A stretch of 21,696 nucleotides of DNA from Candidatus Hadarchaeota archaeon (GTDB lineage: Archaea; CAYQAE01; CAYVLA01): positions 1 through 21,696 of the forward strand of contig CAYVLA010000051.1 in NCBI GenBank assembly GCA_964452145.1. Reading direction: 5' to 3'. The notes under the pieces were generated by a model. That model was not told where the DNA came from and ran no database searches. It worked only from the letters and a program-made list of their open reading frames with translations. The translations under genes were made by a program, and so were the position numbers. This document shows, piece by piece, positions 1-8,114 of this stretch (the first letter of the stretch is position 1; the number at the start of each line of letters is the position of its first letter).

Positions 1-1028
1 AGCGTGGTGGCCGCTTCAACGTCGCTGAGAGCCAACATGCCCACATGCGAGTGTATGTGTCGCGTGGGAACCCCGATGACGATGCTGGGACATCCTGCCC
101 CGTGGATGTGCACTACTCCGGCATCGGTGCTCCCTCGCGAGAGGAAGGAAAGCTGGTGAGTTATCTTCATCTCCTCCGCAACCCCGATGACGAATTCCTT
201 CAGCGGCTGGTTCGGAATCATGGATGAGTCGTAGGTCAGAATGGCAGCCCCCTTGCCCATCTTGGAGGGAGCGATCTTGCCCGCCATCCCCGGCACGTCA
301 CCGGCCACATCCACCTCGACAACCAAGCAGACGTCGGGGTTGGTGTCATGCGCCACCGTCCGGGCACCGCGGCATCCCACCTCTTCCTGCGTCGTGGCGG
401 CGCCAATCACGGTGTTTGGATGTTGGATTCCCTCCTCCTTAAGCCTCCTGACGAGCTCCATGCCTACCAAGGCACCGATCCTGTCGTCGAAGGCCTTCCC
501 CACCGCTATTCTGCCGTCGCGAATGAGGGCAAAAGGTGAGACGGGGACGGCAGGGTCACCGATCCTAACCCCCAGTTCCTCGGCCTCCTGTCTGGACGTT
601 GCGCCTATGTCGATATGCATCTGTTCCCTCTTGATCACGTTCTTTCGCTCCTCCTCCGGGATCAGATGGGGAGGGATCGCGGCGATCACGCCCAACAGAT
701 CGCCCTTTCTGGTCCTGACCACCACTCGCTGGCTTAGGAGAACTTGGTCGTGCCATCCCCCCAATGGGCCGAAGGTCAGGTAACCATTGTCTTTCTCGAT
801 GCCGGTGACGCAGAAGCCGATCTCGTCGATGTGTCCGGCGATCAGGACCAAGGGCTTGTCGGCGGTGCCTTTCTTGTGGAATATGACCGAGCCCAACTTG
901 TTCGTTCTGACAGAGTCAGCCACGCCTTGCATCCGCGTTCTGATGATCTGAGCGGTCTCTCTCTCAAATCCGGGGGGACCAAACGATTCTGTCAGTTCCC
1001 TCAGCAGTTCGATCCATGATCTCTCCAA
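1..1028 (-). CDS. M42 family metallo-aminopeptidase (TET/FrvX-like), 3' end outside window
   Basis: Absent from the ORF track because it has no stop in the window. Manual translation from TTG at 1028 gives MERSWIELLRELTESFGPPGFERE...LIAGHIDEIGF...PLGGW...KAFDDRIG...TTQEEVGCRGA...STDAG...IGVPTRHIHS. These contain the M42 metal-ligand motifs (HxDE, DDR, QEEVG, IHS). Confidence 0.93.
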   Translation of the reverse strand, partial: MERSWIELLRELTESFGPPGFERETAQIIRTRMQGVADSVRTNKLGSVIFHKKGTADKPLVLIAGHIDEIGFCVTGIEKDNGYLTFGPLGGWHDQVLLSQRVVVRTRKGDLLGVIAAIPPHLIPEEERKNVIKREQMHIDIGATSRQEAEELGVRIGDPAVPVSPFALIRDGRIAVGKAFDDRIGALVGMELVRRLKEEGIQHPNTVIGAATTQEEVGCRGARTVAHDTNPDVCLVVEVDVAGDVPGMAGKIAPSKMGKGAAILTYDSSMIPNQPLKEFVIGVAEEMKITHQLSFLSRGSTDAGVVHIHGAGCPSIVIGVPTRHIHSHVGMLALSDVEAATT

Positions 1029-1055
1029 GATATCGCCTTCAGGGCGGAAACGGGA

Positions 1056-1077
1056 TGTCGACAAATATGTTTCGACA
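1056..1077 (-). promoter_or_regulatory. Putative BRE/TATA-like promoter of the M42 gene, flanked by the inverted repeat TGTCGA-N10-TCGACA
   Basis: The minus strand reads CGAAACATATTTG about 35 nt upstream of TTG 1028. Perfect 6-bp arms lie at 1056-1061 and 1072-1077. Confidence 0.4.
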
Positions 1078-1168
1078 GCCGGACGGCCAACCTGCCACCG
1101 GCGGTTGCCGGGCGGGCGGGGGCCGGGAAGAGTTAAATGGCCACATATGGAGGCGACGTGGGTAAGCT

Positions 1169-2179
1169 TTGAGTCCGGTTAGCGTCTGCGTCACCGGCGT
1201 CGGGGGACCGGCCGGGTTCAACTGTATGAGGAGCCTCAGAGCCTCCAACCTGGAGACTAGGATCATCGCCCTAGACATGGACCGTGATGCGGCGGGGTTC
1301 TATCTTGACCCGAATGCCTCCTACGTCGTCCCCGGGGCCTCCGATGAAGGGTTTGCCCTTGCGCTCTTCAAGATCTTGGAGCGCGAAAAGGTCGATGTTC
1401 TAATCCCCACTGTGGATGAGGAGATCTCGACGCTCTGCCGACGACACATCCTGGAGCGGCTAACGGACACGGTGGGATTGCTGCTTCCCTCGGAGGAGGT
1501 GGCGGGCAAGGCACTCGACAAGTACCGAACGATCTTGGAGGCAAGCAGAGCAGGATTGCCGGTCCCCAGGACGATGGTCTGCACGGATCTGGCGGACGCC
1601 AAGAGGCGATCCGAGGAGCTTGGCTTTCCCCTCGTCGTCAAACCGAGCAGATCGAGGGGAGCAAGGGGAGTGAGCTACGTGCCCAACGCAAGGGATCTGG
1701 GACGTGCAGTCAGAGCTGCCTCCTCCCAGGGCGGCCGAGTCCTCCTCCAAGAATACGTACCGGGTCCGGTATTTACAATCGGAACCGTCTGCGGTGCGGA
1801 CGGACGGATCGCGGCCAGCATCGTTCTGAAGAAGACTAAGGAAGTCCCGGCGACCGGAGGGGTTGCCGTCTGCGGTACGACCGTGATCGAACCCGTCCTC
1901 CAGGACCTCGGCGAGAGATACGTCACCTGTCTGGGCTGGCGGGGACCCGCCTCGCCGGAGGTCAAACTGGATGAAAGAGACGGGTCCTACAAGCTCATGG
2001 AGGTCAACCCGAGGCTCTTCGGGTACAACTATCTGGCGGCCCTGGCCGGCGTGAATCTGGCTGAGGTGACTGCAAGGCTGGCCCTGGGTCAGAGTCTGCA
2101 GCCGGTGCGCAGCTACGCCGAGGGGCTAAGCTTCGTGCGGGCCCCCTACGATCTTGTAGTCAGGGAGAGAATGCGGTGA
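1169..2179 (+). CDS. ATP-grasp domain protein (carbamoyl-phosphate-synthase-like amide ligase fold)
   Basis: Motifs: N-terminal VCVTGVGGPAG, LIPTVDEE, DKY, GFPLVVKPSRSRGARGV, LLQEYVPG and the metal-binding LMEVNPRL. A TTAAAT box lies at 1133-1138 upstream. Confidence 0.88.
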   Translation: MSPVSVCVTGVGGPAGFNCMRSLRASNLETRIIALDMDRDAAGFYLDPNASYVVPGASDEGFALALFKILEREKVDVLIPTVDEEISTLCRRHILERLTDTVGLLLPSEEVAGKALDKYRTILEASRAGLPVPRTMVCTDLADAKRRSEELGFPLVVKPSRSRGARGVSYVPNARDLGRAVRAASSQGGRVLLQEYVPGPVFTIGTVCGADGRIAASIVLKKTKEVPATGGVAVCGTTVIEPVLQDLGERYVTCLGWRGPASPEVKLDERDGSYKLMEVNPRLFGYNYLAALAGVNLAEVTARLALGQSLQPVRSYAEGLSFVRAPYDLVVRERMR

Positions 2180-2183
2180 TTCA

Positions 2184-2792
2184 TTGAAGGTAGTCGTGGT
2201 AGCGGTCCACCCCGATGACTTCTGTCTGTGCGCGGGAGGCACGATCGCCCTGCACAGACGGAGGGGGGATGAGGTGCGGATACTGGTCCTCTCCAACGGC
2301 GAGCGAGGAGGGGATCCCGAGGTGCGTAAGAGGGAGGCCCGGGAATCGGCGGGGGTTCTGGGCGTTGACAGAATCGATTTCCTCGGCCTTCCCGATGGGT
2401 GCATAGATGATTCGGTGGACTCCGTCTCCAAGATCGAGGAGTACATTAATCTGGATCTCCCCGATCGGGTCTACTGCACGAGCCACAAGGACAGGCACCA
2501 GGACCACAGGCATGGGAGCTTGGCCACCCTTTCGGCAGCGCGGAAGGTCAGGGAGGTCTTCATGTACGAGGGCATGTCGGCATGGACCAACTTCGAGCCC
2601 TCTACCTACGTCGACATCAGCAGTTCCATCCAGATCAAGATGAAGGCGATCGAGATCCATAAGAGCCAGGAAAACAGATACTACATGCGCCCCGATTCGG
2701 TCATGGGTCTGAATCAGTTCAGGGGCTGGCAGGCACAGGTCAGGTATGCGGAGGCCTTCGAGATCGCTAGGCAGGTCATAACCTTCGAGTGA
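2184..2792 (+). CDS. PIG-L/LmbE family Zn-dependent de-N-acetylase
   Basis: Motifs: VAVHPDD, GGTIA, LSNGERGG, R..EARESA..LG, LPDG, DRHQDH, VDIS..I..K..A...HKSQ and AEAF. Starts 4 nt after the ATP-grasp stop, so probably co-transcribed. Confidence 0.92.
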   Translation: MKVVVVAVHPDDFCLCAGGTIALHRRRGDEVRILVLSNGERGGDPEVRKREARESAGVLGVDRIDFLGLPDGCIDDSVDSVSKIEEYINLDLPDRVYCTSHKDRHQDHRHGSLATLSAARKVREVFMYEGMSAWTNFEPSTYVDISSSIQIKMKAIEIHKSQENRYYMRPDSVMGLNQFRGWQAQVRYAEAFEIARQVITFE

Positions 2793-2853
2793 ATCGCCCG
2801 GTCTTCGCGCTCGGCGATTCTGTCCGTGGACCAGGCGCGCCCTGGAGAACGGA
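2791..2853. terminator. Two adjacent GC-rich hairpins between convergent genes (possible terminator or stability element)
   Basis: GAATCGCC (2791-2798) pairs with GGCGATTC (2813-2820). TCCGT..CCAGG (2823-2835) pairs with CCTGG..ACGGA (2841-2853). There is no U-tract. Confidence 0.25.
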
Positions 2854-2932
2854 ATCAATAGCGAGTCTGCATCCCGTTCCGGGCTGAGCTGATACCGGTG
2901 GGCCGACGACCCGCCCAGAAGCCTGGGTCCTC

Positions 2933-3544
2933 TCAGGAGGCCCGGGCCTTGTAGTACGCGATCCAGGTGTTCTTGAAATCCCAGTTTCTGAACTTCAGGT
3001 AGCACTCCGCCGCCTTCTCGGCGGTTATCTCATGCCCGGTAGCCTTGTGAAATCCACTCGCGAGCTCCAAGGCGTACATCCTTGCCTCCTCCTCGCTGAC
3101 GGACATGAGCCGGGCAAGCTCTTCGAAGGTATCCGAGGCCGGCTTCTCCATGAGGACCTCCCTGACCGCCTCCCCCACCTCCGGGGGTGATTCCTGCACC
3201 TGCGCTTTGGCCCTTCTGCTCGGGGCCTTTCTGGTCAGGTAGAAACCCCTCAGAAGGGCACTAGCCTCGTCGTACTCGCCCTTCTTCATGTGGATCTTGA
3301 TTACCTCGAGGGTGTCGACCTTGGCCTCGTAGCGGTCGTGGATCTCCTTCTCCGCGCTCTTCACCATCTCGTCGAGCCTCTTCCTAAGTGCCTGCCTCCT
3401 CCTGGCCTTCTCTTCCTCCTCCTTGGAATGCACTATCTCGATCATGCGATCGACGATCTTCTCCGGCAGGTCTCCCCGTTCCTCGCACATAAGGGATATT
3501 GCTGTTCTCTTCAACTCGTTGAGGGCCCTCGTGATGGTCATCAA
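2933..3544 (-). CDS. Hypothetical helical/coiled-coil protein with a UBA-like C-terminal region
   Basis: 203-aa ORF filling the gap between the PIG-L gene and gatD. It has a Glu/Lys/Arg-rich helical composition and a GAGG just upstream of TTG/ATG. Confidence 0.8.
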   Translation of the reverse strand: MMTITRALNELKRTAISLMCEERGDLPEKIVDRMIEIVHSKEEEEKARRRQALRKRLDEMVKSAEKEIHDRYEAKVDTLEVIKIHMKKGEYDEASALLRGFYLTRKAPSRRAKAQVQESPPEVGEAVREVLMEKPASDTFEELARLMSVSEEEARMYALELASGFHKATGHEITAEKAAECYLKFRNWDFKNTWIAYYKARAS

Positions 3545-3670
3545 CCTCGATGGGTGCGAGTCCCCACCTGCGAATAGATATCTTTCCTTGAGCCTTCAGG
3601 CCTCAAGCTCGCCTTCGTCCCGCAATATGCGTCCCGGGTAATCGTGGCCTTGAGCCGCGTGCGGACACAG

Positions 3671-3678
3671 TTTTTAAG
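3671..3678 (+). promoter_or_regulatory. TATA box of the gatDE operon
   Basis: TTTTTAAG ends 24 nt before TTG 3703, in an otherwise GC-rich intergenic region. Confidence 0.55.
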
Positions 3679-3702
3679 ACAAGGCGGGATCGTTGACCGG
3701 TA

Positions 3703-5058
3703 TTGCAGTTGGAGCTTGAGAACTATTCCCCAGATGCCCAACGCACGCTAGCGGCGGCCGGGGCACGGGTTGGCGACGTCGTCCAGATCAGCAGAAAGGG
3801 GTTCAGGCGCAGCGGCATTCTCCTGCCCAGGCCGCTCATCGGGGGCGACAGCCGATCGATCGTCATCAAGCTCGACAGCGGGTACAACGTCGGCATAAGG
3901 TGGGACCCGTCCGTGGAGATCCGGAGGATCTCGGAGGGCAGAAGTCTGGAGAGCTTTCCCAGCGTGTCGCTGAAGAGAAGGGCCGACCTGCCGGAGATAT
4001 CCATCGTGTCAACGGGGGGCACGATCGGTTCGAGGCTGGACTATCAGACGGGTGGGGTCAAGTGGCTTATGGAGCCGGGTCAGATGTTCTACATGGCTCC
4101 GGAGCTTGGGGACCTTGTCTCGGTGAGGAAGGTAGCCCAGCCGTTCCTTATCGGCAGCGAGAACATGTCGGCCTTCCACTGGCGGGAGATCGCCCGATCG
4201 GTGGCCGAGGAGTTGAATTCCGGCGCATCGGGCGTTGTCGTCGCCCACGGAACGGACACCATGCATTACAGCACCGCGGCTCTCAGCTTCATGCTCAGAG
4301 ACCTTTTCAAACCCGTGGTCTTCACGGGGGCCCAGAGATCCACCGACAGAGGTTCCACCGATGCGTCGATGAATCTTCTCTGCGCCGCCGCCGTAGCAGG
4401 CAGGTCTACGATAGGCGAGGTGTGTCTGGTGATGCACGGCACCATGCATGATACCTTCTGCCTGATCCACAGGGGCACCAGGGTCAGGAAGATGCACACC
4501 TCCAGGAGGGATGCGTTCAGGTCTGTCAACTCCCTCCCGCTTGGCCGGGTCTGGCCCGATGGCAAGATCCAGATCCAGGCAGGACATGTGGAGAGAAAGG
4601 AAGCACCGGTTCGCCTTGACGCCGTCTTCGAGGAGAAGGTGGCGCTCCTCAAGTTCTTCCCGGGTATGCAGCCGGAGATGATAGATTTCCTTGTGGACCG
4701 GGGCTATAGGGGCATCTTGTTGGAGGTCACGGCCCTCGGGCATGTTGCCTCTGATGAAAGCCGGCAGAACCTTCTCCCGGCCCTGTCCCGAGCGATTGAA
4801 GAAGGGGTCGTTGTCGCTGCTTCCCCCCAGACTCTGTACGGCCGAACCCATCCGTTGGTCTACAGCGAGGGACGCAAGGTCTGGAGGCTTGGCGTTATCT
4901 ACTGTGGCGATATGATCCCCGAAACAGCCTACGTGAAGCTGGGATGGGTGCTGGGCCACGATCCCTCGCCGGAGGAAGCCAAGAGGATGATGTTGGCCAA
5001 CCTTGCTGGCGAGATCTCCCAGGCATCCGATCCCAGAGCCTTTCCAGGTGAGGCCTGA
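3703..5058 (+). CDS. gatD: Glu-tRNA(Gln) amidotransferase subunit D
   Basis: N-terminal IVIKLDSGYNVGI domain, asparaginase-type STGGTI and HGTDT, GAQRSTDRGSTDA, RKMHTSRRDAF and DMIPETAYVKLGWVLG. Adjacent to gatE. The start could be TTG 3709. Confidence 0.97.
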   Translation: MQLELENYSPDAQRTLAAAGARVGDVVQISRKGFRRSGILLPRPLIGGDSRSIVIKLDSGYNVGIRWDPSVEIRRISEGRSLESFPSVSLKRRADLPEISIVSTGGTIGSRLDYQTGGVKWLMEPGQMFYMAPELGDLVSVRKVAQPFLIGSENMSAFHWREIARSVAEELNSGASGVVVAHGTDTMHYSTAALSFMLRDLFKPVVFTGAQRSTDRGSTDASMNLLCAAAVAGRSTIGEVCLVMHGTMHDTFCLIHRGTRVRKMHTSRRDAFRSVNSLPLGRVWPDGKIQIQAGHVERKEAPVRLDAVFEEKVALLKFFPGMQPEMIDFLVDRGYRGILLEVTALGHVASDESRQNLLPALSRAIEEGVVVAASPQTLYGRTHPLVYSEGRKVWRLGVIYCGDMIPETAYVKLGWVLGHDPSPEEAKRMMLANLAGEISQASDPRAFPGEA

Positions 5059-5063
5059 TCCTC

Positions 5064-6956
5064 TTGATCTCGCAGTACGATTCGATTGGCCTGAAGTGTG
5101 GCATCGAGATCCACCAGCGACTGGATAGCCATAAGCTGTTCTGCACCTGTTCGAGCGGCCTGTCCGTCGCAGAGCCGATGATGGAGGTCAGGCGCAAGCT
5201 TCGGGCGGTGGCGGGCGAGCTGGGGGAGGTGGATCGAGCCGCCCTTCACGAGTACCTCAGGGACAGGGAGTTCCTCTACCAGGTCTACGAGGGCGAGACA
5301 TGCCTGGTCGAGCTTGATGAGGAGCCGCCCATGCCCCTCAACGAGGAGGCCTTGGACATCGGACTCCAGATCGCCCTTCTCTTCGATGCGACGATTCCGG
5401 ACGAGATCCATGTGATGCGCAAAACCGTGGTCGACGGCAGCAACACGAGTGGTTTCCAGCGAACCTCTATGATAGGCCTCGACGGTACCATGGAGGGCCC
5501 GAGGGGCAGGCTTGACATCCCGACCATCTGTTTGGAGGAGGAAGCGGCTGGCATCGGGGGCGAAAAGGACGGGGCCATTGCCTACAAGCTGGACAGACTG
5601 GGCATTCCTCTGATTGAAGTGGCCACCGGCCTCTTGGAGGGTTACTCACCGGAGGAGGTGCAGGAGGTCGCCCTGGGGATCGGGATGATCCTGAGAATGA
5701 CTGGAAAGGTGCAGAGGGGGATCGGCACGATAAGGCAGGACGTGAACGTCTCCGTGAAGGGAGGTGCCCGGGTCGAGATCAAGGGATTCCAGGAGATCGG
5801 AAGGCTCGCCGAACTGACAAGGAAGGAGGCCCAGAGGCAGCTTTCCCTGATCGCAGTTGTGGATGAGCTTCGCAGCCGGGGAGCAGAGGTATCCGGTCCG
5901 TTTGACGTCACCCAGATCTTCGGGGACACAACCAAGGGACCCCTCCTCCGCGCGCTGAGGAGGGGAGGAAGGATCGTGGCTCTTCGATTGACAGGCTACG
6001 GCGATCTGCTCGGTCGAGAGCTCTGCCCGGGCAGAACCTTCGGCCGGGAGCTGGCCGATCACGCCAAGGCTTATGGGATAGGCGGACTGATCCACACCGA
6101 TGAGGACCTGGGCTCTATGGGGCTGACCGACATCTTCGTGCAACTGCGCCAACACCTCGGCGCTGGCGAGCAGGATGCGATCGTAGTGATGGCTGGCGAG
6201 GGAAGGACGCTTGAAAGGGCCGTGCATGCTGTGAAGAGAAGAGCCCTTCAGGCCATGGATGGATTGCCGGAGGAAACGAGGGAGCCGAATGACGACTGCA
6301 CAACTAACTATAAGCGGCCCCTCCCCGGCTCGTCTCGCATGTATCCCGAGACGGATATCCCCCCCATCCCCATCTCGCCGGACCGACTCCAGCGTCTTCT
6401 CGAAAGCCTGCCCGAAAAGCCGGGTCCGAAACTTGAGAGGCTGGTTCGAAGCGGCATGAGCCGCGATCTTGCCGATCAGCTGATCAGGGACGAGAACCTG
6501 CAGCTCTTCGAGAGAATTAGCTCCAGGATCGGAATCGACACGACTCTCCTAGCGACCACCCTGGTTGGCACCTTCAGAAACCTGAGAAGGGAGGGGGTGG
6601 ACGTGGATTGCATCGGGGAGGACCAGCTTGTCGAGTTCTTCTCCGCGGTCTCGGATGGACGCGTAGTCAGGGAGGAGATGGCTGCCATCCTCTCGGAAAT
6701 GGCCAGCGGGAAGTCGCTTCAGGATGCACTCGGTGAGAGGCAGATGCTGACGGAGGAGGAACTAAGGAGGATCGTAGAGCAGGTGGTGAGGGACAAGGCC
6801 GATCTCATCGCAGAGAGGGGGGAGAGAAGCTTCGCCCCGGTCATGGGCGAGGTAATGAAGCAGGTCAGGGGGAAGATAGACGGGGCCGTAGTTGGCAGGG
6901 TTCTGAAGTCCGTGCTTGACCAGAAGCAGCACCCAGAACAGGGCCCACGTGGCTGA
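5064..6956 (+). CDS. gatE: Glu-tRNA(Gln) amidotransferase subunit E
   Basis: GLKCGIEIHQRL..KLFC, CLVELDEEPP, MRKTVVDGSNTSGFQRT, LDRLGIPLIEVAT, RGIGTIRQDVNVS, RPLPGSSRMYPETD and C-terminal MGEVMKQVRGKIDG. Confidence 0.98.
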   Translation: MISQYDSIGLKCGIEIHQRLDSHKLFCTCSSGLSVAEPMMEVRRKLRAVAGELGEVDRAALHEYLRDREFLYQVYEGETCLVELDEEPPMPLNEEALDIGLQIALLFDATIPDEIHVMRKTVVDGSNTSGFQRTSMIGLDGTMEGPRGRLDIPTICLEEEAAGIGGEKDGAIAYKLDRLGIPLIEVATGLLEGYSPEEVQEVALGIGMILRMTGKVQRGIGTIRQDVNVSVKGGARVEIKGFQEIGRLAELTRKEAQRQLSLIAVVDELRSRGAEVSGPFDVTQIFGDTTKGPLLRALRRGGRIVALRLTGYGDLLGRELCPGRTFGRELADHAKAYGIGGLIHTDEDLGSMGLTDIFVQLRQHLGAGEQDAIVVMAGEGRTLERAVHAVKRRALQAMDGLPEETREPNDDCTTNYKRPLPGSSRMYPETDIPPIPISPDRLQRLLESLPEKPGPKLERLVRSGMSRDLADQLIRDENLQLFERISSRIGIDTTLLATTLVGTFRNLRREGVDVDCIGEDQLVEFFSAVSDGRVVREEMAAILSEMASGKSLQDALGERQMLTEEELRRIVEQVVRDKADLIAERGERSFAPVMGEVMKQVRGKIDGAVVGRVLKSVLDQKQHPEQGPRG

Positions 6957-7027
6957 GCCCAGAGTCCATGCCCCGAACCTTCGAGAACGCAAACCCAGCA
7001 GGGCGGACCGGACCAGACCAAGAATAG

Positions 7028-7034
7028 TTTTAAG
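7028..7034 (+). promoter_or_regulatory. TATA box for the small ORF at 7056 (leaderless spacing)
   Basis: AAGAATAG-TTTTAAG, ending 21 nt before GTG 7056. Confidence 0.45.
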
Positions 7035-7055
7035 CACATCCATGATCGCTCCAGC

Positions 7056-7292
7056 GTGGCTGCTTGGGAGGAAGGCAGTAAGACGATCGAGAAGGCCGAG
7101 CTCTTCGCAGGCGGCAGCTTCGTGTTGCTGCTGCTGGTGGCCATCTACTGCGGTGCAATGGGCGACCTGTGGAACGCGGCCTACTTCGCTGTATTCTCGA
7201 TGCTTTGTCTTGGGCTTCTCATCTACGTGAGAAGGACCTTCAAGAGGGGCGGTGGCTACGCCTCCCTTTCCAGCTCGACCCAGAGACGGTAG
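7056..7292 (+). CDS. Small two-TM membrane protein
   Basis: Two hydrophobic segments (FAGGSFVLLLLVAIYCGAM; AAYFAVFSMLCLGLLIYV) followed by the basic RRTFKR. A TATA box lies upstream. It overlaps the convergent gene by 37 nt. Confidence 0.65.
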   Translation: MAAWEEGSKTIEKAELFAGGSFVLLLLVAIYCGAMGDLWNAAYFAVFSMLCLGLLIYVRRTFKRGGGYASLSSSTQRR

Positions 7293-7720
7293 ACGTTCGA
7301 GATCCTGGCGGCCTTCCCCTTCTCCTCGGCCTCGAGATGGAAGTCTATGAAGTACCGGCCCTCGGGCGGGTTCTCCCCGATCAAGGTCACTCTGAACCTG
7401 AGCTTCCGGGTCTCCCCGCTTTCCAGCGGAAACCTTGAGTACCTGCCAACGAAGTTCTCGGAGAGCTCCTCGATCTCGAAGATGCCTCTGCCGTCGGCAT
7501 GCCAGCTGTAGTTGGAGTAGGACCTGCTTCCCGGCTGGCTCCTAATCGTGGCGTTGAAAACGAGCTGCTCCTGCGCCTTGATCTTGATCGCGACTTGGCT
7601 GGGCCCGGATAGCCGGATCTCGGTCGTGCGGTTCAACAGGAGAAGAAGCACGACCGCGATGACCACGACGATCCCGACGATGAGCTTCCAGTCGAACGTG
7701 TGGTAACGGTACCTCATCAT
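7256..7720 (-). CDS. N-terminally anchored protein with a probable Ig-like beta-sandwich domain
   Basis: TM segment LIVGIVVVIAVVLLLLL, then alternating beta strands with LESGETRKLRFRVT...PPEGRYFIDFHLEA, a pattern seen in NEW3/CARDB-like domains. Confidence 0.75.
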   Translation of the reverse strand: MMRYRYHTFDWKLIVGIVVVIAVVLLLLLNRTTEIRLSGPSQVAIKIKAQEQLVFNATIRSQPGSRSYSNYSWHADGRGIFEIEELSENFVGRYSRFPLESGETRKLRFRVTLIGENPPEGRYFIDFHLEAEEKGKAARISNVYRLWVELEREA

Positions 7721-7752
7721 CGGGCGGAACCCGCTCTAGGCTCCACATTTCC

Positions 7753-7768
7753 ATATAAAATTCTTTCT
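7753..7768 (-). promoter_or_regulatory. BRE + TATA promoter of the 7720 gene
   Basis: The minus strand reads AGAAAGAA-TTTTATAT about 33 nt upstream of ATG 7720. Confidence 0.6.
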
Positions 7769-7901
7769 CACTATTAGCGCCTTCACCTTCGCCCCGGCCA
7801 GGCACTCAGCCATCAGGTTTCAGATCCTTGGTCGACCTCGTACCAAGAGGCCCGATTCATGGGGTCTTGTCGGGGGCCGCCCCGCAAGGTCGCTGATGGT
7901 T

Positions 7902-8114
7902 TCACATCCAGTTCACTGGTGACCTAGTTTTGCCGGCTTCGGGCTGCATTGAACGATGGCTAGATGGCTCGGCTCCATCACGGATGGGCCTGTTCTCGGC
8001 AGCGAGGTATGCCCCAAATCTCAGCCCCAGCAGGAAGCCGATGTATCCCCCAACAGTCGATATCAGGATCACCTCAAAGATCGTCGCATGGAAATCCACG
8101 TGCATTCCCCGCAC
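7902..8114 (-). CDS. Small single-TM hypothetical protein (start may be ATG 8105 or GTG 8099)
   Basis: Hydrophobic IFEVILISTVGGYIGFLLGLRFGAYLAA followed by a polar tail. A promoter-like sequence lies at 8240-8254. Confidence 0.5.
   Translation of the reverse strand: MRGMHVDFHATIFEVILISTVGGYIGFLLGLRFGAYLAAENRPIRDGAEPSSHRSMQPEAGKTRSPVNWM

Noticed and set aside
45..1019. Plus-strand ORFs 45-227, 224-442, 241-783, 348-539 and 744-1019
   Set aside because: They are antisense shadows of the M42 peptidase on the minus strand and show no family motifs.
2181..4959. Long antisense ORFs 2181-3005 (274 aa) and 4009-4959 (316 aa), and similar ones at 11804-12673 and 20073-20780
   Set aside because: They lie opposite confidently identified genes. 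Long shadow ORFs are expected in GC-rich coding DNA, and these have no motifs.
7850..7906. Fluoride riboswitch-like GCTGATGG ending
   Set aside because: The 5' GGNGAUG...CC stem is missing, the pseudoknot would need four G-U pairs, and no + strand gene follows.
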